Source: an uncultured Candidatus Rokubacteria bacterium (GTDB taxonomy: Bacteria > Methylomirabilota > Methylomirabilia > Rokubacteriales > DASRDR01). Taken from it: a stretch of 64,000 bases of DNA. The position numbers were made by a program, and so were the translations under genes. This document shows, piece by piece, positions 9,720-18,819 of this stretch; the stretch's first letter is position 1; every line of letters begins with the position of its first letter. The stretch is taken from the NCBI GenBank assembly GCA_963708025.1, contig CAVPSB010000016.1, positions 64,001 to 128,000 of the forward strand, read 5' to 3'. The notes beneath the pieces were generated by a model. That model was not told where the DNA came from. It saw nothing but the letters and a program-made list of their open reading frames with translations, and ran no database searches.

Positions 9720-10743
9720 CTACGGGTAGACGAGAACCTTCAGCGCCTCGCCCCGGCTCATCCGGGCCAGCGCGTCGGGCACGTCGGCCAGCCCGACCTC
9801 GCCGGTGAGGAGCGGTGTCGGATCCAGCTCACCGGCGGCCAGCAGTGAGACCGCACGCCGGATGAGCGCCGGCGTGTGGTGGAAGACCCCGAGGAGCCGC
9901 AGCTCCTCGTAGTGCACCCGGCGGGTGTCGAGCCGGATGCCGGTTCCCGGCGCGCAGCCGCCGAAGAACAGCACCGTCCCGCCCTTGTCGGTCGCGGCGA
10001 TCGCCTGCTCCCACGCCTCGGGCCGGCCGGTGGCGTCGATGGCGCAGCGGACCCCGCCCCCGGCCGCACCGCGGACGAGGCCCGCCGGGTCGTCCGTCGC
10101 CGTCACGTCGAGACAGGCGGCGAACCCGAGTCGGGCGGCGACGGCGAGTCGCGGGCCGGCCTTGCCGGCCAGGACGACGTGGGCTCCCGCCCGCTGGGCC
10201 AGGAGCCCGAGCAGCAGTCCGAGCGGACCATGTCCGAAGACGGCGAACCAGTCCCCCGGTCGGATCGCGGCCAGGTCGATCGCGTGGAGGCAGCAGGCGA
10301 CGGGCTCGGCGAAGGCGACCCGGACCACCGGAACGCCGGCGGGAACGGGGACGAGGTTCTTGGCGACCAGCCGGGCCGGCAGCGCGATGTACTCGGCGTA
10401 GGCGCCGTTCACGAACAGGAGGTCGTCGCAGAGGTTGGCCTGACCGCGCCCGCACGGCGGGCAGACGCCGCACGGCGCGGAGTTGGCGGCGACCACCCGG
10501 TCGCCCGGCCGGAATCCCTCGACGCCGGGGCCGAGGCGCGACGATCGTCCCCGCCAGCTCGTGGCCGAACACGGTCGGGAGCTTCGGGATCATGACCGGG
10601 TGGCCGCGCCGCAGCGTCTTGACGTCCGTCCCGCAGGTCAGGGCCACCTCGATGCGCAGGAGCACCTCGCCGGGGCCGGGCTCCGGGACCGGGATGTCCT
10701 CGTAGCGCAGATCACCCGGGCCGTGGAAGACCTGCGCTTTCAC
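9720..10743 (-). CDS. Zinc-dependent alcohol dehydrogenase (+1 frameshift near 10535)
   Basis: TCGTD and FGHE in one frame; CGVCPPC...C and EPVACC in the next; one extra C in GCGCCTCGGC. Confidence 0.85.
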
Positions 10744-11786
10744 TCCGCCATCCCGTCGCCGACCGCCATCGCTCCGCCTTCGACCGTGGCCACGTCGACG
10801 TAGACCTTCAGCGCCTCCAGCCGCTCGGCGAGCAGCACCGCTTCGGTGAGCCGCTCCAGCGGCAGGCGGTGGGAGCAGAGATCGGCGACCTGGATGGCTC
10901 CGGTCACGACGAGCTGGAACGCCTCGGCGAGATCGGCGGGCGACGAGGAGTAGGTCGCGGAGAGCGTCAGCTCCCGGTGGTAGATCTCCCCGATGGGGAG
11001 CGGCCCCTCGCCCTCGCCGACGAAGAGGTGGACCTGGCCGCCGTCCCGCACCCAGCCGAGGGCATCGCGCACCACCTCGGGGGCGCCCACGGTGAGGATG
11101 ACGCAGTCGGCGCCGCGCCGGTCGCTGAGCGGCGCCAGGGCGCCCAGCACGGCTTCCGGCGGCGCCGCCACCGCGCCGAGCGATCGCGCCAGCTCCCGGC
11201 GCGCCGGCAGGAGGTCGGTCCCCACGACCTGGGCGCCGGCCCGGCCCGCGAGCTGGACCAGCAGGCTCCCGATCGCCCCGAGGCCGACCACGACCACGGT
11301 GTCCCCCGGGCCGACGCCGGTCCGGCGGATGGCGCGCAGGCAGCAGGCCAGCGGCTCCGTGAAGGCGGCGACGGCGTCGGGCACCTCGGGGGGCACGCGG
11401 AAGGTGGCGTGCTGGACGTTCTCGCGGGGGACCCGCACGTACTCGGCGAAGCCCCCCGGGTCCAGGTTCGACTCCTTGAACCCCCGGCACATCGAGACGC
11501 TGCCCCGGCGGCAGTAGTGGCAGGCGAAGCAGGGGACATGGTGCGCGACGACAACCCGGTCGCCGACCTCGAAGCCGGTCACGCCCTCCCCCGCCCCGAC
11601 GACATCGCCGACCACCTCGTGACCGAGGACGATCGGCAGCCGGCTGGGGGCGCGAAGCTTGGCCAGGTCGGAGCCGCAGAGACCGCAGCCGCGGACGCGG
11701 ACGAGCAGCTCCCCCGGGCCAATGGTGGGCGTGGGCTGGTACTCGAGACGGATGACCCCGGGCGCCGTGGTCACGGCCACGCGCAT
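10740..11786 (-). CDS. Zinc-dependent alcohol dehydrogenase
   Basis: LCGSD, LGHE, CFACHYC...C, EPLACC, GLGAIG; ATG at 11786. Confidence 0.92.
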   Translation of the reverse strand: MRVAVTTAPGVIRLEYQPTPTIGPGELLVRVRGCGLCGSDLAKLRAPSRLPIVLGHEVVGDVVGAGEGVTGFEVGDRVVVAHHVPCFACHYCRRGSVSMCRGFKESNLDPGGFAEYVRVPRENVQHATFRVPPEVPDAVAAFTEPLACCLRAIRRTGVGPGDTVVVVGLGAIGSLLVQLAGRAGAQVVGTDLLPARRELARSLGAVAAPPEAVLGALAPLSDRRGADCVILTVGAPEVVRDALGWVRDGGQVHLFVGEGEGPLPIGEIYHRELTLSATYSSSPADLAEAFQLVVTGAIQVADLCSHRLPLERLTEAVLLAERLEALKVYVDVATVEGGAMAVGDGMAE

Positions 11787-11923
11787 CTGACCAGAAGGGG
11801 GGGGAGTCCCAACCGCCGGATCGCCTGGACGCCTCGGTGCGTCCCGCCCCTCCGGTGGTGCCCCCCCTTGACCCCCCCGATCTCCACCGTGCGGGGGTCT
11901 CTCGCCGCCGCCAAACCTGGCGG

Positions 11924-12769
11924 TCAAGGGACTTGAGCCCGGAGGTAGACGCCGACCGCGATGGCCAGCTTCCGGGCGGCCGAGAGGCGGATCCGGCGGT
12001 CGAAGACCCGGAAGCGGCGTGCCTCGATGGCCCGGAGCAGCGCGTGGTAGATGACACCCATGATCTCGGCGGCGACCAGCCGCCGCCGGTCCACCCGCGG
12101 CAGCGCGGCCCGGGCCGCCCGGTAGTAGGCGTGCGTGCGGTCGGCCTGGAAGCGCATCAGCTCGAGGTAGGCCTGGGTGGAGCGGCCGCGGAGGAGGTCT
12201 TCCTCCGGATACCCGAAGCGTCGCAGCTCGTCGAGGGGCAGGTAGATCCGCCCACGGTCGCCGTCGGTCTTCAGGTCGCGCATGATGTTGGTGAGCTGGA
12301 GAGCCACCCCCAGGTTCACGGCGTAGTCACGCGCCCGCGGGTCCGTGTACCCGAAGATCTCGATACAGGCCAACCCGACAGCGGCGGCGACCCGGTAGCA
12401 GTACTCGTACAGCTCCTCGAAGCTCGCGTACCGGCGCTTGTCGATGTCCATCTCGACGCCGTCCAGGATGGCCTCGAGGTGCTCCGGCGGAATCGGGAAG
12501 TCCCGCACCACTTCGGCCAGCCGAACGGCGATCGGCTGGGTGGGGCGGCCGCTGTAGACGCGTCGCAGCTCCGCCCGCCACTCGGCCAGGACCCGCCGCT
12601 GATCCCCGACGCTCCCGCCTCCCTGGTCGACCGCGTCGTCCACCGTCCGGCAGAACGCGTAGAGCGCGTACATGGCCTCGCGCTTCCGGCGCGGCAGGAA
12701 GAGAAACGAGTAGTAGAAGTTGGACCCGCTGCGGCGAGTCAGGCTGGCGACCAGCTCGGCTGCGTTCAT
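11924..12769 (-). CDS. hpnD: Presqualene diphosphate synthase (squalene/phytoene synthase family)
   Basis: SGSNFYYSFLFLP, YAFCRTVDDAVD, YCYRVA, ALQLTNIMRD, GRIYLP; hopanoid context; TATAAT at 12810-12815. Confidence 0.88.
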   Translation of the reverse strand: MNAAELVASLTRRSGSNFYYSFLFLPRRKREAMYALYAFCRTVDDAVDQGGGSVGDQRRVLAEWRAELRRVYSGRPTQPIAVRLAEVVRDFPIPPEHLEAILDGVEMDIDKRRYASFEELYEYCYRVAAAVGLACIEIFGYTDPRARDYAVNLGVALQLTNIMRDLKTDGDRGRIYLPLDELRRFGYPEEDLLRGRSTQAYLELMRFQADRTHAYYRAARAALPRVDRRRLVAAEIMGVIYHALLRAIEARRFRVFDRRIRLSAARKLAIAVGVYLRAQVP

Positions 12770-12850
12770 GTGCCGGTGATGAGGCCGGAGCCCCGGCGCT
12801 GCGGAGCCATTATACACCGCGGGTTCGAGCCGGCTCGCTCGACGCCGGGC

Positions 12851-13894
12851 CTACGGGCCGGCCGGTGGCATTCGGCCGGGACGATCCGTCGCTCCCTTCC
12901 GGCGCGCGGCGTAGCCGTGCGCCCAGAACCAGTCCACCGCGTCACGGAGCGCCTCGTCGACGGGCGTCTGGGGGAGGCCGAGCTCCCGGATCGCCTTGGC
13001 CGGATCGAAGAACATCCGCTTCGCCGCCATCCGCACCGCCGTGCGGGAGGCGAGCGGCTCGCGGCCGCTCACCCGCGAGACGCCCTCGAGGACGGCGGCG
13101 ATGGCGAGCGCCGCGCCGTGCGGGAGCCGGACCCGGGGCGCCGGGATGCCGGCGTAGGGCGCGAGCTGCTGGAAGATCGTGGGGAGCCCGAGGTTCCCCG
13201 CCCCGTGCCCCAAGATGTAGCGCTCCCCCACGCGCCCTCGCTCCGCCGCCTGGATGTGGCCGCGGGCCACGTCCCGCACGTGAACGAGGTTCAGGCCGGT
13301 GTCGAGGTAGGCGAGCATCCGGCCCCGGAGGTAGTCGACGAGCATCTTGCCGGTCGGCGTCGGCTTCCAGTCCCACGGCCCGATCGGCGCCGAGGGATTC
13401 ACGATGACCACCGGGAGGCCACGGGCAGCGGCCGCCTCCGCCTCCCGCTCGGCCAGGAACTTGGAGCGCTTGTAGTCGCCCACCATGTCGGCCAGCGCCA
13501 CCGGTGTCGTCTCGGTGCCGGGCGTCCCGTCCGCCGGGATACCGAGCGTCCCGACGCTGGAGGTGTAGACGATCCGCGAGACACCCGCTGACTCGGCGGC
13601 CGCCAGCAGCGCCCGGGTGCCGTCGACGTTCACCCGGTAGAGCAGCGACGGATCGGGCGCCCAGAGCCGATAGTCGGCTGCCACGTGGTACAGCACCCGC
13701 ACGCCGGCCAGGGCGGCCGGCAGGGAGGCCGGATCGAGCAGGTCGCCGGCGACCACGTCGACCGGCAGGCCGGCGATGGCCCGCCGGTCGCTCGTGGGCC
13801 GCGCCAGGACCCGCACCCTCACCCCGTCGGCCACCAGCTCGCGCACGAGATTGGCCCCGACGAACCCCGTCCCCCCCGTCACCAGCACCGTCAC
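12851..13894 (-). CDS. hpnA: Hopanoid-associated sugar epimerase
   Basis: TGGTGFVG, HVAADYRLW, YKRSK, NPSAPIGPWDWKPTPTG, DTGLN. Confidence 0.92.
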   Translation of the reverse strand: MTVLVTGGTGFVGANLVRELVADGVRVRVLARPTSDRRAIAGLPVDVVAGDLLDPASLPAALAGVRVLYHVAADYRLWAPDPSLLYRVNVDGTRALLAAAESAGVSRIVYTSSVGTLGIPADGTPGTETTPVALADMVGDYKRSKFLAEREAEAAAARGLPVVIVNPSAPIGPWDWKPTPTGKMLVDYLRGRMLAYLDTGLNLVHVRDVARGHIQAAERGRVGERYILGHGAGNLGLPTIFQQLAPYAGIPAPRVRLPHGAALAIAAVLEGVSRVSGREPLASRTAVRMAAKRMFFDPAKAIRELGLPQTPVDEALRDAVDWFWAHGYAARRKGATDRPGRMPPAGP

Positions 13895-14022
13895 GCGCCC
13901 ACCCCCCGACCGACTCTATTCACGAAGTCATCATAGCGGCGCGAAGTCTCTCGCCGGACCCGCTCCTCAGAGGAACCCTGACCGCGGACATCATCCGTGG
14001 TTACCGTGTGCGGAAGTTCTCG

Positions 14023-14190
14023 GGTGCGGGGCCGAGGAGCGAGCAGCGCCCACAGGCCGAAGGCCGTCCGACAGACGCAGGGAGTCGCCCACCGGAGGCG
14101 TATACCGCATACGCCGAGGATCGGAGACGACCCCAAAGGCCGAAGGCCGTCCGAACGACGACGCGATGCGACGCTCATCGGGCCCGCACC
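14023..14190 (+). repeat. Structured repeat family A, copy 3 (subtype A1)
   Basis: Terminal IR ggtgcggggccga/tcgggcccgcacc; near-identical to 16614-16779. Confidence 0.9.
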
Positions 14191-14192
14191 AG

Positions 14193-15437
14193 CTAAAACG
14201 GATAGTCGAGGCCGACGAAGACGGCCGGCCCCTCCCGGCTCACGCCGATCTCGATGCGTCCGACGATGCTCGGGGGCGCCAGACCGCGGATCGCGATCCC
14301 CGGAGTCACCTCGAACCCGCTCCCGACGAGCTGGTCCGTCGAGCTGAACACCTTCCCCATGTCCAGGAAGGGCGCGGCCTGGAGCTCCGTCGTCACCCCG
14401 AACAGACGCATGACGAACAGCCGGACCCGACTCTCGAGGTTGGCGAGGACGCGGGCGTCCCCGTAGAAGCGGTTCTGGCTGAACCCCCGGAGGGTCGTGG
14501 CGCCGCCGAGGGTGGGCCGGACCTCGAAAGGAACGTCGCTCCCGGCGCTGATCGCCTCCACCAGCCCCCGGGCGACGAGGACCACGCGCCCTTCCCAGAC
14601 CGGCTGCAGGTACGCCCCTTCGGCGCCCCACTTGATGTAGTCGCTGCTGCTGCCCAGGAGCTCCGCCGACGCTTCCGCGTAGACGGTCAGCGAGACGCCC
14701 CGGGTGGGCGTCGTCTGCGAGTCGCGGTTGTCGTAGGCGAGCGCGACCCGCTGGCTGTGGATGAACGCCCCGTTGACGCCCGGGAGCGTCGGGAAGACGG
14801 TTCCCGTGAACGGCAGCCCCGGGATGCTCCCGCGCAGGACGTCGAACTGCTCCACCGTCTCCGTGAGGGACAGCCGGGTGGTCGGCGTGACGTTGACCCC
14901 GAAGGTCCCGAAGAAGCCCGCGACCTGAAGCGTCATGTTCGTCTCGTTGACCCGCTTCGAGAAGGGCCCCAGGCCGAAGAACCGCACGGTCGAGTCGCGG
15001 TCGAAGAGGAGCTGGACGTCGGAATGGAAGCGCTCGCCGAACAGGGCCAGGTTCCGGTAGTGGAGGTTGAGCCGGCGCTCGATCGTCTCCGAGTACCCTG
15101 CCTCGAAATCGAACCGCTCGCCCACGGTGGGAAATGCGTAGTAGCGGAACGTGCCGGTCCAGCCCCGGAATTCGTTGTAAGTCACCGAGGGGGCGATGAT
15201 GGTGCGCAGCGCCTCGTCCGCCTGGTCCTTCAGGAGGAGGACGGGCAGGACTCCGTAGGTGGCGCCGGCGTTCGGATCGGTGTCGATGGACGGGAGCGGG
15301 ATGAAGGAGTACTCGGCAGCCGCCGTCCGCGGCGGCCACAGCAGCAGGAGGATCAGGAGCGCGAGACCGAGGCGTCTCAGGGCCGGAGCGTCGTGAAGGC
15401 GGCGAGGAAGCGCGCCAGGTGGTCGAGGGCGGTGCAT
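14193..15437 (-). CDS. Omp85/BamA-TamA family outer-membrane barrel, apparently without POTRA domains (start uncertain)
   Basis: Signal peptide, YDNRD, LGGATTLRGF..NRF (lid loop), C-terminal GLDYPF. Confidence 0.8.
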   Translation of the reverse strand: MHRPRPPGALPRRLHDAPALRRLGLALLILLLLWPPRTAAAEYSFIPLPSIDTDPNAGATYGVLPVLLLKDQADEALRTIIAPSVTYNEFRGWTGTFRYYAFPTVGERFDFEAGYSETIERRLNLHYRNLALFGERFHSDVQLLFDRDSTVRFFGLGPFSKRVNETNMTLQVAGFFGTFGVNVTPTTRLSLTETVEQFDVLRGSIPGLPFTGTVFPTLPGVNGAFIHSQRVALAYDNRDSQTTPTRGVSLTVYAEASAELLGSSSDYIKWGAEGAYLQPVWEGRVVLVARGLVEAISAGSDVPFEVRPTLGGATTLRGFSQNRFYGDARVLANLESRVRLFVMRLFGVTTELQAAPFLDMGKVFSSTDQLVGSGFEVTPGIAIRGLAPPSIVGRIEIGVSREGPAVFVGLDYPF

Positions 15438-16162
15438 GACCGGCGCCACGTCCGCCACGCGGCGCCGACGAGAGTGGGGCGGGTGACCCAGCCCAGCACT
15501 GCGGCCGGCCGCAAGCGGCCCGCCGCGTCGATCCCCCGGAGAAGAGCCGGCGGCAGGGTGTCGGCCGGCCCGTCGGCGACCGCGCGCACGGCCAGCGCCG
15601 GCAGCCCTGCCTCCCGAGCCCACCGCAGCACGTGGGCGCTCTCCATGTCGACGGCAAGCGCGCCGTGGGCGCGCCAGCAGTCGGCCTTCGCGCCCGGCGT
15701 CGCCACGATCTCCTCGACCGTGAGGAGCGGGCCCACCCGGTGGTTCAGGCCGGCGCCGGTCAGCGCGGCCAGTGCCCGTTGCTCGAGATCCCTGTCGGGC
15801 GCCAGCCACGTCCGGTCCCCCGCCGAGCCGACCCGGCTGCCCACCAGGATGTCGCCCGTGCTCACGTCGGGCGCGCAGCCACCAGCGAGCCCGGCGACGA
15901 GCACCCCGGAAGGCCGCAGCGCGGTCAGCGCCGGAGCCAGGCGAGGCAGCTCGGCCCCCGCCGGACCGATCCGCTGGAGCACCACGCCGGGCCGGGCAGG
16001 CTCGCCGGCGGGGCCGGGAGGCGAAGACCACCCGGCCAGGCCGAGCCGGCGGGCGAGGAGTCGGGCCTCGAAATCCACGGCGACGACGAGGAGCAGGGGT
16101 CCAGGGCGGGGGGCGGCGGTTACGCTCCGGCCGGACGGCTCAGATCGGGACCTCCCGGCCAC
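15377..16162 (-). CDS. hpnG: Hopanoid-associated nucleoside phosphorylase
   Basis: GLAGG, GALAVDMESA, LAVRAVAD; next to hpnH. Confidence 0.75.
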   Translation of the reverse strand: MAGRSRSEPSGRSVTAAPRPGPLLLVVAVDFEARLLARRLGLAGWSSPPGPAGEPARPGVVLQRIGPAGAELPRLAPALTALRPSGVLVAGLAGGCAPDVSTGDILVGSRVGSAGDRTWLAPDRDLEQRALAALTGAGLNHRVGPLLTVEEIVATPGAKADCWRAHGALAVDMESAHVLRWAREAGLPALAVRAVADGPADTLPPALLRGIDAAGRLRPAAVLGWVTRPTLVGAAWRTWRRSCTALDHLARFLAAFTTLRP

Positions 16163-16194
16163 CTCCCCAGCTCCCCTCCCCCACTGCCATCTCT

Positions 16195-16560
16195 TCAGCG
16201 CGCGTGATGGTCATCGTGAGCCCGGCCGCCGGCGGCATCGCCGCCCCTCTCCTGCTCCCTCCGCCGGTGCCACGCAGCATACGACCTGCCGGCAGCCATG
16301 TCCTTGCCGGCGAACCGGATCGTCCGGATCTCGGAGTATGGGATCCGGTGGGGGCCGGTCCCGTCGACATCGAACATCTCGATGAAGGGCTCGGCCGCAT
16401 CGGCGTCGCGGTTGAAGAGGTAGCCGTCCAGCGCGCGGCCGTCCACCGTCACCACCGTCGTGTTGCCCCGATAGTCGAAGGCCAGGTCGATGATGCGCCC
16501 GAGGGGCAGCTCCGAGCTCGGCTGGGGCTGCCAGCCCTCGAGCGAGTGCTCCTCCTCCAC
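16195..16560 (-). CDS. Conserved hypothetical protein
   Basis: AFDYRG.TT...DG..LDGYLFNR...IPYSEI..I.F.GKD.AAG.S; co-oriented between hpnH and hpnG. Confidence 0.75.
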   Translation of the reverse strand: MEEEHSLEGWQPQPSSELPLGRIIDLAFDYRGNTTVVTVDGRALDGYLFNRDADAAEPFIEMFDVDGTGPHRIPYSEIRTIRFAGKDMAAGRSYAAWHRRREQERGGDAAGGRAHDDHHAR

Positions 16561-16613
16561 GACCCTAGGTCCCTTGACGCGTCAAAGTCATGGTAGATGA
16601 GTCACGTTTTCGG

Positions 16614-16779
16614 GGGCGGGGCCGAGGAGCGAGCAGCGCCCAAAGGCCGAAGGCCGTCCGAAGGACGCAGGGAGTCGCCCACCGCAGGCGTACTCCGAGT
16701 ACGCCGAGGATCGGAGACGACCCCAAAGGCCGAAGGCCGTCCGAACGACGACGCGATGCGACGCTCATCGGCCCCGCCC
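16614..16779 (+). repeat. Structured repeat family A, copy 4 (subtype A1)
   Basis: Terminal IR gggcggggccga/tcggccccgccc; GCGTAC-N5-GTACGC hairpin. Confidence 0.9.
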
Positions 16780-16780
16780 G

Positions 16781-17803
16781 CTAGGGGCGCCCGGTCACCG
16801 TCGCCACCACAGTGTCCCGGAATCCCCTCCAGCTCCCGAAGGTCTCGTTCACGGCCGTGGGCTCGAAGCCGCAGTGCACCATGCAGTCCTGGCACTTCGG
16901 GTTCCCACTCCGCCGGCCGTACCGCTCCCACTGCGTCGTCGCCAGGAGCTCCGCGAAGGTCGAGGCGTAGCCCTCCTGCAGGAGGTAGCAGGGGCGTTGC
17001 CAGCCGAACATGTTGAAGGTGGGGTTGCCCCACGGGGTGCAGTCGTACTCGCGCTTGCCCATCAAGAACTGAAGGAAAAGCGGCGACTGGTTGAAGCGCC
17101 AGCCACGCTTCGGGTTCGCGAGGACCCGGGCGAAGAGCTGCTGGGTCTTGGCGCGGCGGAGGAAGTGCTCCTGGTCGGGCGCCTTGGAGTAGCTGTAGCC
17201 GGGGGAGACCATCATCCCCTCGACGCCGAGGCTCACCATCTCGTCGAAGAACTCCCGGACCCGGAGCGGCTGCGCCCCGTCGAACAGCGTCGTGTTGGTG
17301 GTGACGCGAAAGCCTCGGCGGAGCGCTTCCCCGATCGCCTCCACCGCCCGGTCGTACACACCATCCCGGCAAACGGCATCGTCGTGCTCCTCCCGGAGCC
17401 CGTCCATGTGCACGCTGAAGCTCAGATACTTGGAGGGCGTGAAGAGGCCGGCCTCCAGCTTCTCCTTGAGCAGCAGCGCGTTGGTGCAGAGGTAGACGTA
17501 CTTCTTGCGACGGACCAGTTCCTCCACCAGCCGGCCGATCTCGGGATACATGAGGGGCTCGCCCCCCGGGATCGAGACGATGGGCGTCCCGCACTCCTCG
17601 ACGGCCCCCAGGCACTGCTCGACCGTCAGGTGCTTGCGGAGGATCTGGGCCGGGTACTGGATCTTGCCGCAGCCCGCGCAAGCCAGGTTGCAGCGGAACA
17701 GCGGCTCCAGCATGAGGACCAACGGGTAGCGCTTCCGTCCGCGGAGCCGCTGCCTCAGCACGTAGGCAGCCACGGTCCACATCTGGGACACGGGCACACT
17801 CAT
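16781..17803 (-). CDS. hpnH: Adenosyl-hopene transferase (radical SAM)
   Basis: YPLVLMLEPLFRCNLACAGCGK, SIPGGEPL, CTPWGNPT, WQRPCYL, CQDCMVHCGFEPTAV. Confidence 0.96.
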   Translation of the reverse strand: MSVPVSQMWTVAAYVLRQRLRGRKRYPLVLMLEPLFRCNLACAGCGKIQYPAQILRKHLTVEQCLGAVEECGTPIVSIPGGEPLMYPEIGRLVEELVRRKKYVYLCTNALLLKEKLEAGLFTPSKYLSFSVHMDGLREEHDDAVCRDGVYDRAVEAIGEALRRGFRVTTNTTLFDGAQPLRVREFFDEMVSLGVEGMMVSPGYSYSKAPDQEHFLRRAKTQQLFARVLANPKRGWRFNQSPLFLQFLMGKREYDCTPWGNPTFNMFGWQRPCYLLQEGYASTFAELLATTQWERYGRRSGNPKCQDCMVHCGFEPTAVNETFGSWRGFRDTVVATVTGRP

Positions 17804-17867
17804 CCATCCACTCCGGAGGCGGGGAAGCGTGAAGCAGACATCACCGCCAGGGCCTTCCCCGACCTCG

Positions 17868-18659
17868 TCAGGCCGGCTCCCCCGCGTAGGGGGCACGTTC
17901 GGAAACAGAAGATGAAGACGCCAGACAGGATACCACGACCGCCGCGAGCGGGAGGTGGGCCGCGACCCCGGCCCAGAACAGCGTCGCCTCCGCCACCATG
18001 GCCGTGACCGTCAGGTTGAAGGCCAGGACGAGGTAGTAGACGGCGACCGGAGCGTAGCGGCGTCCCGGCACACACGCCGCCCAGGCCGGCGGAGCCCCGC
18101 CGAGGCGCGGCTCGACGGCCAGCCAGACCCCGACGATGATCGTGCCGAGCAGGGCCCACCCCGCGAAGTTCGCGAACGGCACCCCGAAATACCAGCCCGG
18201 CTCGGGGTAGTAGAAGATGCGCCCGAGAAACCAGCGGTCCCCCCTGACGGCCAGCGGGTCGATGACCACGTCGAGCCAGGTCATGAGGACGCCGCTCGTC
18301 GCCGCGACCGCCAGGCGCCCCGGCTGGCACCGACCCAGGAGGAGGCGTGCCATCCCCAGGCTGGCGTAGGCCAGGAAGGTGAACGACAGCGGGTCGAAGA
18401 ACGGCACGTTGGCGAGATACAGCTCCCGCCCCCGGGTGATGCCGGTGTAGTGGTAGAGACCGAACGGGACGCCGATCCGCGTCGAGGCCAGCTCGGCTCC
18501 GAGGGCGAGCCCGCCGGCCAGTCCGGTGAAAGCCAGCGCGCGCCGCCAGCCCCGCTCGGCCGCAGCAGCCGCGAGGTAGACGGCGAGGAAGCCGAAGACG
18601 TACGGGCGGAGGAGCAGGCTGCCCCAGAGGAGGGTCGCGGCGCCGGGGGTCTCGGACAT
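17868..18659 (-). CDS. CruF-like carotenoid biosynthesis membrane protein (DUF422)
   Basis: AELASTRIGVPFGLYHY, NVPFFD, LDVVIDPLA, YFGVPFANFAGW. Confidence 0.8.
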   Translation of the reverse strand: MSETPGAATLLWGSLLLRPYVFGFLAVYLAAAAAERGWRRALAFTGLAGGLALGAELASTRIGVPFGLYHYTGITRGRELYLANVPFFDPLSFTFLAYASLGMARLLLGRCQPGRLAVAATSGVLMTWLDVVIDPLAVRGDRWFLGRIFYYPEPGWYFGVPFANFAGWALLGTIIVGVWLAVEPRLGGAPPAWAACVPGRRYAPVAVYYLVLAFNLTVTAMVAEATLFWAGVAAHLPLAAVVVSCLASSSSVSERAPYAGEPA

Positions 18660-18819
18660 GCTCGTGGCCGAGCATAACGCCCGCGACGCCGGGTGACAAC
18701 CGCCGACAACGCACTGCGTCGTGCCGGAAGTTCGGCAGTCGGGGCGCGAGGTTGGGAATCTCCCACTTCCTCGGCTCCCGGCGCCATGCTACACTACGCG
18801 CGTTCATCCGCTGACGCGC

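Noticed and set aside
16574-16585. TTGACGCGTCAA as an FNR/CRP box
   Set aside because: Half-site spacing is 2 nt rather than 4
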